DNA of 64,000 bases from Octopus sinensis (taxonomy: Eukaryota). Positions within the stretch are counted from its first letter, which is position 1, and each line of letters starts with the position of its first letter. Shown here piece by piece: positions 12,325 to 23,760 of the stretch. The notes beneath the pieces were generated by a model, which was not told where the DNA came from, made no database searches, and was given only the letters and a program-made list of their open reading frames with translations. Made by a program: the position numbers and the translations under genes. The stretch covers positions 48,918,001 through 48,982,000 of the forward strand of contig NC_042999.1 in NCBI RefSeq assembly GCF_006345805.1, in the 5' to 3' direction.

Positions 12325-12695
12325 TTTGTTATGAGCATAATATGCTGTACTAGATGAAAAACGGTACCGGAGTCCCGCATGCAAAAAGTACAACCTATTA
12401 CGTTCGGATGTATCTTTCGAATGCCTCTACTTTTGGCGCGCTGATAATCGAAAAACTAGCCTGCAGCCAATAATTAGCAGCAGTCAATTTATCGGTTTGA
12501 GAACATATATTTCATATTTAAAAATTAAGGGTAGAAATTGATATTAGTCAATTAAAACCAGTGGTCTAGCACATTAAAAAGAATCCGAAGATTAAAATAT
12601 TTATATATACCAATTAAGGACTGAACACGAAAAGGTGGACAGTCAACATGCTAGATATAGTCGTCAAATCGCCATTCTCCACAAAGATTATGTTC

Positions 12696-12803
12696 TTTAC
12701 CGGTTTCACTCTTTGGAAAAAGATTGTCAAAAGTAACATGTAAAGGTTTGGTTGTTTTGTTACTTTTGACAATCTTTTTCCAAAGAGTGAAACCGGTAAA
12801 GTA
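12696..12803. repeat. Perfect 43-bp inverted repeat (19-nt loop); the right arm carries a U3-A8 hammerhead-like motif (12761-12803, +)
   Basis: Arms 12696-12738 and 12758-12800; UACUU-UUGACAA-UCUUU-UUCC-AAAGA-GU-GAAA-CCGGUA^AAGUA. Confidence 0.8.
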
Positions 12804-12949
12804 AATAAACATGTTTTAAAACTGCATTTTCAAACCTTCTTTCGTATATATATTCCACTCATGCGGTACCCTACAATTCCACTTTGTTATATATATAAAT
12901 ATATGTATGTAGGTAAGTAAGTAGGTATGTAGGTAGGTAGGTAGGTAGG

Positions 12950-12992
<43 letters not shown>

Positions 12993-12997
<5 letters not shown>

Positions 12998-13834
12998 GGT
13001 ATTTAGATCAGCTTAAAGCGTAAAGCGATCACCGTGCAATGACTAAGGAAAATAGTCAGACGAAAGAAGGCTTTCCTTTCAGCATGTGACTCGAACCCAC
13101 GTCCCTTTGTTAACGCGACTAAGTGCGTTACCTTTACACCAGCAAATTAGCCTCCCTGTTTAAGAACTGTATTAGTTCGTATTTGTTTTACGTAAGCAAA
13201 CATTCTCAATGCTTTAGGTACGAATGGTTTTGTTATACGGTGCCGTGTTTTAAAACCCTGGAAATAATATTCATGGCACAGTTTATATAAATACCATTAT
13301 TAGTATTTCTAGGATTGTAAAACATGGCACCGTATAACAAAACCATTCGTACCGAAAGCATAGAGAACGTTTTACATAAAACAAATACGAAATATTATAG
13401 TTCTTAAATTTGACAGTAACAGGGAGGCTAATTCACTAGTGTAAAGGTAACACAGTCGCGTTAACAAAGAGATGTGTGCTCGAGTCCCACGTTGATAGGA
13501 AATATCTTTTTTTCTGTCGTAGGCTTATATGCTCCTCTATTAGAATATTTTCCTTAGTCAATGTACGGTAATCGCCTTAAACTTTAAGCTTATATAAATA
13601 CCATTATTATCATTTACAGGATTGTAAAAAAAATGGCATCGTGTAACAAAACCATTCGCACCGAAAGCATATGGAAAGTTTGTTTACATAAAACAAATAC
13701 GAACTAATATAGTTCTTAAATCCTGACAGAACAGGGAGGCTAATTCACTGGTGGCTAATTCACATTATGTAACACACTTCGTCGAGTTAACAAAGTGATG
13801 TGGGTTCGAGTCCCACGCGGATAGGAAAGCCTTC
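12993..13834. mobile_element. 307-bp tandem repeat with a tRNA-like Pol III module, preceded by an inverted copy
   Basis: TTATATAAATACCATTATT at 13283 and 13590; 12993-13270 is the reverse complement; T-arm GTGGG-TTCGAGT-CCCAC at 13799-13815. Confidence 0.8.
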
Positions 13835-14590
13835 AAGCAGCAGCTAGAGGACACGCTCGACTCAGTTTATCAGGTTGTGTTAACACGGGTAATAAAATGC
13901 TAGTCTACATCTTCTATAGATAGCCAACAGTCCTCAGGAAGTTTTAGTACTATCCAAACTTCTTTATCACGTTAAGTGGTAGACGGTCGAAATGGAGCGG
14001 TTATGGAAGTAGAATGACACGCAGACTATAACAAGCACATGGAAGGTATTTATATGAAAAGTTGCATGTGCCATTTAGGTGATAAATGCATCTTACACAT
14101 TGATTGAATCGCGTAAATCGTATATGCAATGCAGTTCTTCAAAGACATACATTCGTTACGCTTGATAACGTTCGGTAGTCTTTCTACTTCATGTGTGTGT
14201 GTATGTGTCTATGAATTCATGGAAGTATGTATACACTTATGTCTGTATGTATGCATGCTACCCGCTTCCGTTTTTTTTTTATATATTAGAATTCGTGCCA
14301 GCAGGACGATGCCGTTAATGACATAAATATTATGTGATGTACTTTGGTAAAACCTTCCAAGTTTTTAATGTTCTATTTGGAGAACATATCCCTTAAGTCG
14401 GTCTCTTTCTTTGTCTGAAAGGCTTAAAATTTCCACAGTCAATAAAACATTTCCAAATCATTTATATCAATTAATAGTATATGTGTGAATGTTTGTTCTT
14501 GTTGAGTTGCTACCTATCTCTCTTTCTCTGTCTCTCCCTACCTCTCTCTCTCTCCCTCTCTATCTATATATCTATCTATTTATCTGTATG

Positions 14591-14644
<54 letters not shown>

Positions 14645-15535
14645 ATATATATATATCTTTATGTATGTATGAATGTATGTATATGTATAATGCATACATA
14701 GTACACACATACATCCATATATATATATATATATACGTAACCATGGACGACTAAAATGTCACGCTTCGCTCTGTGCGTTGCCTTGTCGCTCTATAACTTC
14801 TGATGATTAAAAGCTAGGATCAATTCTCTTGTAAACACTTTTATAATCCCTTCTAGACAATTAAACATATTGATAGTGTTTACAACACGAAAAAATAGCT
14901 TCATCTCTGAAGAAAATCTTCCAAACTCAAATTTTATCATTGTGGTTACTGAAACTAACTTTTGTACACACAGTACCAGTTACGCATATTTATCATTGTT
15001 AGATAATTTCTGTCCCAGTACCGCTCGAAGTGATTTTGTACGTCTAGATTTTTAGACATTTTCGGTGAGAGGTGTAGCAGAAAACGAGCTTCTTTAAACT
15101 TGTAGTTTTGAAGTTTGTGGGTTGTGATAACGCTAAATGGTGGCTAATGCTAGCGCTTCATTGAGACCGTTTGGGGGATTTTCAGTCACATGAAGTTCAG
15201 AGTCTGGATGAATGATTTACATTGCATGACAGTTTTTCAGAATGCGACACAGTTAAGGGAATTAATACGTAACGTTGTTTCCACATCTGTAGGTATGTGT
15301 GATTAATTCGTTCCATAATAGCATTTTCTATGCAATCAATATTCTCCTATATTACGGTAACGACATTGTACATACACACACATAGAACACTAACATACAA
15401 ACACACACGCACACACACACACATACACACATACACACACATGATACAATGTTTTATGATTTACGTATCAATAACTATATAAGTGTGTCTGCACATGTAT
15501 ACTTACATATTTAAATAAATGTAACTATATCTATA

Positions 15536-15566
<31 letters not shown>

Positions 15567-15599
15567 TTATATATCTAGTAAAATAAGGGTTCAGATAAA

Positions 15600-16200
15600 A
15601 TCAGGTACTTCAAAAGATATACACCAGGTAGGGTTGGATAAACATGTGGTTCCGGTCTATGGTTGGTAATTATGAAATGGGAGAATATCGAGGTCAACTA
15701 TGAGATGAGAGAATGGCCAACAAAGTTGGCCGTTGTGGGCAGTAGTGGATGGTGTTAGGTTCAGAATATAGTTTCTGAGAGGGTGTAATATGATATTTAT
15801 GATCAGCAACCCGGGTTAGATAATAGTCTGCTAGACGATTTCTTGGTAAGCTGGAGTGATGTCCAGAAGCGTTCAAGTGGGGAAGTAATGTAACGCATAT
15901 TAGTGAGGTTTTCGAGGTTTTGGTATATGTATATGAATTTGTAATTATAAAGTGAGTTTGAAGAGAATGGACATGTGTAGAGGTGGTAGCGGGCAGAAAA
16001 TGTCGGCCAACCTGGGAAGTCAGGAGAAATACGAACAGCGTAATAGATATTTGGGCAAGGACATGAGTGTAAGACATTTTTACATGGAAGAAAATTTTGA
16101 TATATATGTAGATGAGTTCCATGTTATTAGTGGAACAGAGAATCAAGATGACATCACTCTTTCCAGGCACAACTGTATTACGTATAATTCTAATGAACAA
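15600..16200 (-). mobile_element. Possible highly decayed non-LTR retrotransposon C-terminal fragment
   Basis: C/A-rich minus-strand ORF 15694-16200 with only weak resemblance to LINE post-RT regions. Confidence 0.25.
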
Positions 16201-16892
16201 ATTACTTAAATGAGGTAAAGTTCAGATTCTGTTGGAGATTGGCCCATACTTTGTGAATTACAGACCGAATTTGAATATGACAACAGGATGAAGAACATGA
16301 CACATTCAGGGGTATACATGCCAACTCCACAGTGATTCCTTCTTTTCCTTTCAGTACGAAACAGCATACTTCGGTTTTCTTTTCTGTACACGTCAGTTAT
16401 AAGTGTAGAAAGGTGCAGTTTCGTCAGTTTTAGGCATATTAGTTAGTTTCTTGTGAATATCTTTCAGGTGTATACAAGTATATCTCTGCGCGAATGTGCG
16501 AACATGCTAAGGGGTGCATGTGATATGGGCTAGTATATATATTTATATCTAAGCTTTTGCGTGTGTGTGTGTGTGTGTGTGTGCATGTTTCTGTATGTGT
16601 GTGTTTATGTGTGTGTGTGTGTGTGGTGTGTGTGTGTGTGTGTGCGTGTGTGCGAGTGTGTGTATGCCTGTACGAGTTTATCGTTTATTTTTTACTTGTT
16701 TCAGTCACTGGTTGGTGCCATGCATGGTCACCTTTTTGAAGATTTTCTTCGAAAAAATCGACACCATGAGTGTTCGATTTTATGTACACTACTCTTTCTT
16801 CTGATCTTTTCACACACACACACACATACATTCACACACACACGCACACACTCCTATATATAACTATATAATATATATATATATATATGCAA

Positions 16893-17020
16893 AAAGCAAT
16901 AAAGATTCAAGTTAATTTAAATGAATTTACTTGAATATGGTACCTAACTTAGATGCACCAAAACAAACTATACGGTTTTAACAATACAGTAATGTGGGGT
17001 GATTATAAGCGAGAAAAAAG
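16893..17020. repeat. Dispersed ~130-bp repeat, second copy at 21967-22135
   Basis: GCAATAAAGATTCAAGTTAATTTAAA...GGGGTGATTATAAGCGAGAAA at both loci, both next to (TA)n. Confidence 0.8.
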
Positions 17021-17037
17021 CGGTATATATATATATG

Positions 17038-17108
<71 letters not shown>

Positions 17109-17197
17109 TGTGTGTGTGTTGTGTGTGTGTGTGTGCAAATATATATGTATATGTATAAATATATATATATATATACATATTTATATATATGTAGAAA

Positions 17198-17251
<54 letters not shown>

Positions 17252-19004
17252 TATATGCGTATATATACATATTTAATTGGCGTAAAAAGAATTTGAAGCC
17301 TTACATCTGTTTCTGGGATAACCCAAGTAGTTGGTTGGTTGTTGGTCGGAATATCTGTGCAGTGGGTATTCATACCTTGTTTCTGATGAAATAGGATAAA
17401 TGCCTTGAGATACTTGTTAAGCTTTGGTTTTGATTTTTCCTCTAATATATACATGCTAAAACGGAACCCTAACACGGATCCGTAGTTCCAGCCTAAGCCA
17501 TGATCTTGGTCGACCAACAATAACACTTAGCGTACTTATTCGTTTAGATCACAAGTGAGCTAAAACCATCCTATTTTATATAAATATATTCTTCGGTACA
17601 CCATTTCGTCAATCGCAGCAGCTTCCAAGCTTCACCACTGATTCAGTTCTCAACTAAATAGCAAACTATTACTAGTTTTAAAGAGGACACCTCCTCAGCT
17701 ACACTTTGGCATAAATAGCTTGAGATTTGATTCAGTAGAAAAAATTAACGTCAAAATATCTGCGACCTCAAGGGGGACAGTAAAATATGTTTTTTTAATT
17801 TTAAATTAAAAGTATACCTTTCTTATGCTTAAATGATAGAACAATGCATAAGGAATTCAGAAACACTAGTTGCATTGAACAAATATTAGTAGAAAAAGAG
17901 TTATAAAGTAAAATGTTATGAAGTTTCATGTCAGTAAGTAAGAAAGTAAGGGAATAACGCTTAAGCAATAAGAATAAATAATATGCTTATAAAAATGAAT
18001 AGGTTCTTTCTAAGGCGGTGAGATGGCAGAAGCGTTAACGTGCTGACGAAATACTTAACGGTATTTCGTTTGTCTTGACGTATTTGAGTTCAAATTTAGT
18101 CGTCGACATTGACGTACATATTATTTAATTAATTAGCTAAACCCTTTCAGACTTCCGTTACTGGTAGAATTTGTCACGTACAACAGCGTTTACTCTTAAC
18201 ATTTTGGACAAAATTTTATATTTTAGAGGTTATTTCGTCAGAAGTTACAGAGTGACGATGGACAAATTCATGTTTGATAAGTGCCAATACACGAAACTCT
18301 CAGCTTTTGACTTACTCTCTAACTTCTGACGATGATATATATATACATATTACATATATGTGTAAAAACATCTCATCACGCAATCGAACCAATGGAAGAG
18401 CCTCTACCTGATCGCTCGACACGCTAAAATTTGCAGGCAAAGAATTCCCCTGCTTAATCATACGCCCATTGTACGTATTCTCGTAGATTATCCCTAAAAG
18501 TCGGTTTGCTGAAAGCTGGAATGTCTTTGATTATATGTTTGCTGTATCAGGGTTAATTTGAGGCTAAATATGAACATGTTGGTCAATTTCTATATTAAAA
18601 CCCGCCAAGTACCCTGACCTCCTAATATGCTACAAATCCCTTATTTGGGTTCAGAAAAAATGAGGTGGGTTTCCCCCTCAATCCCGGAATCATTGGGGAT
18701 TTTTTTCGTTGAATAAATTCCTGTGACCTGCTAAAATTGCAAATTTAAGTTACTTAAGGTGAGCCTGGTAACTGATGGTTTTGGGGCTTTGTTATTTGTA
18801 ACTTTTGCTGAGCCATGGTGCAACCAACAACATGGTAAAAATCCCTGCCATCAATTTCGTGTGGATGGGTAATATCAAATAATTCAATCACAACATATAT
18901 TTAAATTAAACATGAAAAAAATTGAAATATTATCATCACTTACATGGAAATTGTTTGAAATATTATCTTGAAATATTACCATATAACAGCATTGTATTGA
19001 AAAA

Positions 19005-19425
19005 TCATGGATTACATTGAAAAATGCGATCATGAAAAGTAATATACTTAAGATTTTAAACCTGGAAAAGTACAGGACAAGTTATTACAAATAACTCTAT
19101 ACTTAGTAAGTAGAATTTAGCTAATTTACTACCTTAAATACAGAAAATACAGAAAAAAAATGACTAATTACACAAACTTACAAATTAGCTGGACAGTTTT
19201 GTGCAGTAAATTTAAAAGATCAGAACTGTTAAAGAGCGATAAATTAGCAGAACTAGCATTCGTCGCTGCAATATTTTAAATAAAAAGTTTCTTATTCTTT
19301 ACTAGAAGTAATAGATTGTTCTTTACTTTTACACTAATAATAACTTGACCTGTACTTTTCCAGGTTTATAATCTTAAGAATATGACCTTTCATGCTCGCA
19401 TTTTTCCGTGTAATATATACCCATA
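19005..19425. mobile_element. MITE-like element with ~85-bp imperfect inverted repeats
   Basis: GAAAAATGCGATCATGAAAAG..AAACCTGGAAAAGTACAGGACAAGTTATT (about 19020-19090) mirrored at about 19336-19410. Confidence 0.55.
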
Positions 19426-19544
19426 TCAAGTAGCCTAAACGGTGAAAGCATACTACTACACATATATTACTAAACATATATCCAAAATCCAAATAATTAC
19501 TTACATAAAAACATACATACATATATACATACATATTCTTTTTT

Positions 19545-19987
19545 TTTTACTTGCTTCGGTCATTTGACTGCGGTTATGCTGGAGCACCGCCTATAGTCGA
19601 ATCAAATCGACTCCAGGGCTTATTCTTTGTAAACCTAATATTTATTCTCTCTGTCTATTTTGCCGAACCGCTAAGTTACGGGGGCCTAAACACACCAGCA
19701 CCTGTTATCAAGCGATATTGGAGGGACAAACACAGACACACAGCACACACACGCACACGCACACACACACACGCACGCACACACACACACACACACACAG
19801 ACACACACACATATATATATATATATGACGGGCTTTCAGTTTCCGTCTAGCAAATCCACTCACAAGGCTTTGGTCGGCCCGAGGCTATAGTAGAAGACAC
19901 TTGCCCAAGGTGCCACGCAGTGGGACTGAACCCGGAATTATGTGGTTGGTAAGCAAGCTACTTACCATACAGCCACTCCTGCACCTA
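19545..19987 (-). mobile_element. SINE family B, full length, internal (CA)n/(TA)n
   Basis: Head and tail as for 5125-5590. Confidence 0.9.
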
Positions 19988-20194
19988 TGTCAAGACTTTC
20001 TCAATGTTTCCGTCAACTAAATTCTCTCACATGTCATTAGGCAGCCCAGGGAATACTAGAATACTCCCATAAATGATGCTGGAGAAAGATACTAAACCTG
20101 AAACTACATTATTGCAAAGCAAACTTATTCACTTGAAAGACAGCAGGTGGGCGTACACATAACATTACCAGCATAAGATATATTTTCTCTTTAC

Positions 20195-20607
20195 TCTCTT
20201 TTACTCTTTTACTTGTTTCAGTCATTTGACTGCGGCAATGCTGGAGCACCGCCTTCAGTCGAGTAAATCGACCCCGGGACTTATTCTTTGTAAGCCCAGT
20301 ACTTATTCTATCGGTCTCTTTTGCCGAACCGCTAAGTGACGGGGACGTAAACACACCAGCATCGGTTGTCAAGCAATGCTAGGGGGACAAACACAGACAC
20401 ACAAAGATATACACACACACACTTATATATATATACATATATACGACAGGCTTCTTTCAGTTTCCGTCTACCAAATCCACTCACAAGGCATTGGTCGGCC
20501 CGGGGTTATAGCAGAAGGCACTTGCCCAAGATGCCACGCAGTGGGACTGAACCCGGAACCATGTGGTTGGTTAGCAAGCTACTTACCACACAGCCACTCC
20601 TGCGCCT
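20195..20607 (-). mobile_element. SINE family B, full length
   Basis: Near-consensus copy. Confidence 0.9.
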
Positions 20608-21363
20608 CATGCACATTTTTTTTTTTTACATTTATAGACTTTGCATATATGTATATATATGTGCGTGTGTAAACAACTATACACAGAAACTCATAACTAT
20701 CCCATGGCACACAGGAGCGCGTACTCACTCATATAATTTTAATAATTATAAGATAATATTCGCATGTTAGCTGCAGCATGAAAATTTACGTCACTCGTTA
20801 GCGCTATCGGTTTAAGGGAGGTAATTCCGCTGGATTATTCACTAGTTAATTTCTCTTGGTCTGTTCGCTGTTTGGATTGTACTTCTTGCACACATCAGGA
20901 TATTCCCGTTATCGATTTATTTACCTACGTATCGTGAGCATAATATTTATGTAACTGTCGATACGACACAATTTTTTTCCATATTGAAGAATTCCAACAG
21001 TGCCTTCTATGATATGCAACGTCGTGAACGAGTGTTGGCACGCGTGCGCATGTATGTTTGTGTGCGAGTGCATTATTAGCAGATATTGTTTAATAATACT
21101 TTTATAGACATAGGCAGTTGACACTAACGGTAGAAGAAATTCACTATACATAACTATTCAAGGTTACCGTTAATAATTTTATTAGCAGAGATTTGGACAC
21201 TTCGGCCAGTAGTCGACCTAGTGACTTGTTATACATATCCATGTATCAAGCTATCTGTAAATCTGTTTATCCCCCTCTATCTCTTTGTCACTCACTTTCC
21301 CCTTTCTCTCTCATTTTGTGCACATATATGTGAGCGTGTGTGTAAAAATTATATATATATTAT

Positions 21364-21413
<50 letters not shown>

Positions 21414-21459
21414 CATACATATTTATACACACACATATATATATATATATATTATTTTA

Positions 21460-21708
21460 TTTGTTTCAGTCATTTGACTGCGGCCATGCTGGACCACCGC
21501 CTTTAGTCGAGAAAATCGACCCCAGGATTTATTCTATGTAAGCCCAGTACTTATTCTACCGGTCTCTTTTTGCCGAATTTTTGCCAAGTTACTGAGATGT
21601 AAACACACCACCATCGGTTGTCAAGCGATGTTGGTGGGGGGACAAACACAGACACAAACACACACATGCACATACACACACTGACTAACACACACACACA
21701 CACACACG

Positions 21709-21720
<12 letters not shown>
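21460..21720 (-). mobile_element. SINE family B, 3' half
   Basis: Tail through the internal microsatellite only. Confidence 0.8.
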
Positions 21721-21739
<19 letters not shown>

Positions 21740-21869
21740 TACACACACACACACATCCACAATTTGGCAAAATTGAAATAAACTAGTAATTGTATGCGTT
21801 ACGCAATCATCGGATTTATGTAGTGACATATCTCCCTCTCCTTGTGTGTGTGTGTAATATATATATATA

Positions 21870-21901
<32 letters not shown>

Positions 21902-21911
21902 GATATGTATG

Positions 21912-21965
<54 letters not shown>

Positions 21966-22074
21966 AGCAATAAAGATTCAAGTTAATTTAAAAAAATTTA
22001 CTTGAATATGGTACCTAACTTAGATGCACCAAAAAAAACTATACTGATTTAACAATACAGTAATGTGGGGTGAT

Positions 22075-22135
22075 TATAAGCGAGAAAGAAGCAACAAGAA
22101 TGGTATCCATTCTTGTTGCTTCTTTCTCGCTTATA
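22075..22135. repeat. Perfect 29-bp hairpin (3-nt loop) ending the 21967 repeat copy
   Basis: TATAAGCGAGAAAGAAGCAACAAGAATGG-TAT-CCATTCTTGTTGCTTCTTTCTCGCTTATA. Confidence 0.9.
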
Positions 22136-22179
22136 TATATATAATATATATATAATATATATATATAATTTATATTTAA

Positions 22180-22720
22180 TGTAGGATAAAATTTTTCGAA
22201 AAAAAATTATCAATGGCCAGCATATTAAAAACTACCTTTAAAGGTTAGAATTATAAACAACTTATAAATAGGAGCATACGAAAAAATTTCTAATGCCAAA
22301 TATGCCGAAATTGGACATATTGTCCATAACCATTAAAATTTTTCACAAAACACATGCTATTCGAAAAAAAAGGTCGACAGAAATTTCTAAATTTCTTGAG
22401 GTTCCCGTTCGTCAGGCAGCTGTGATCCTGGATCAAAACTGCTCGACGTACAGGCTCGTGAAACTCTGAGTACCAGATTTTTGTGATGTTTTTGCTAAAT
22501 TTAATTATAAAGTTCATGTGTATATCCATTAACAGATTATAATGTGAAAATGGAACGCTATCAGAGAATGGGCTGGTGAAGGATGACACGGAGGATTTCG
22601 GAAAGTGCTAGATGTTAAAAACTACAAAGCAGATGGTCGTAATGAGATCAAATATTGGAAATCTTCTTTGTAAAGATTTCCAATATTTGATTTTCTTAAG
22701 ACTTGAACTAATTACGATTA
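22180..22720 (-). mobile_element. Probable decayed Penelope-like fragment
   Basis: FSKNITKIWYSEFHEPVRRAVLIQD..LTNGNLKKF resembles PLE post-RT sequence from recall; no catalytic motif seen. Confidence 0.4.
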
Positions 22721-22774
22721 TTGAACCTGGTGGCACATTGTGAATTTAGTGAGGCAATTCATACAACGTGCCTC

Positions 22775-23160
22775 CAATCTGGTTGGCACTCCGTCGGTTA
22801 CGACGAAGAGGGTTCCAGTGGATCCGATCAACGGAACAGTCTGCTCGTGAAATTAACGTGCAAGTGGCTGAGCACTCCACAGACACGTGTACCCTTAACG
22901 AGTTCTCGGGGAGGATTCAGCATGACACAGACTGTGTCAATTCTGGCCCTTTGAAATACAGGTACAAGAGAAACGGGAAGAGAGAGGGAGAGAAAGTTGT
23001 GGTGAAAGAGTACAGCGGGGTTCGCCACCACTCCCTGTCAGAGCCTCGTGGAGCTTTTGGTGTTTTCGCTCAATAAACACTCGCAACGCCCGGTCTGGGA
23101 ATCGAAACCGCGATCCTACTACTGTGAGTCCGCTGCCCTAACCACTGAGCAATTGCACCT
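22775..23160 (-). mobile_element. SINE family C, full length, RTE-like 3' end
   Basis: tRNA head GGTGCAATTGCTCAGTGGTTAGGGC..GGTTTCGATTCCC; tail TCGTCGTAACCGACGGAGTGCCA. Confidence 0.8.
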
Positions 23161-23289
23161 CTACACCTCCAATTTACTCAAATGTAAATGCAGTGTACTG
23201 ATGCAGTCCTCTCTTTTCGGCCATCACGTTCCCTGTGTTCTGCTGGAAATTGAAGAGTGAGAATATATCCATGTTCGAGACTACATAGT

Positions 23290-23760
23290 CATCTGAAATA
23301 ATTAACAAAAACTATTCATTGGTAGATAACATCTTCTTCTATACAAAATTACTACTCGAAAATCTCTAGCACAACCGATGCATCTGTGCCATCGTTAAGC
23401 CCAATTCTTGAATCCACTTAAATATCTTCATCAACTTTCTTCACTCGATTTTCATTCACTTTCATCAATTCTGGGCTGTTCTGTCAATGTCCGACCACTG
23501 ACCAGCTCAGTTTGCAGATAGGCTGACATCTCGCCAAAGATGTGTTGGTTCACGCATTGCTATGGTGAATGTGGATTGCTTACATATTTTTCTGTTTCTT
23601 CAGCCTAAATTCTTCTCCAAGCTTCATGAGTAACCCGACACACCGTTCACTTTTCTTTTATGGTCATGTTCCAGAATATCAAACAAAATGAAGCCGTTGA
23701 CATCGCAAAAAACAAATAGCACTACATTTATGTACTGATTGTGTTGGCTCTTGCACTTTG
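23290..23760. mobile_element. Possible Tc1/mariner/pogo DDE transposase remnants
   Basis: Weak motif remnants (YGHVPE..NEAVDIAKN); heavily decayed. Confidence 0.25.

Larger units (their letters stand above)
11515..12697 (-). mobile_element. ~500-bp tandem array (2 full units plus a partial third), one hammerhead per full unit
   Basis: Units start at about 11515, 12012 and 12516 and are near-identical. Confidence 0.9.

Noticed and set aside
11515-13834. Tandem arrays as CRISPR-like loci
   Set aside because: Whole units are duplicated with no unique spacers, and the context is eukaryotic.
16978-17526. 182-aa minus-strand ORF with donor-like sites
   Set aside because: The C-terminal half is microsatellite and the unique half resembles nothing I recognise.
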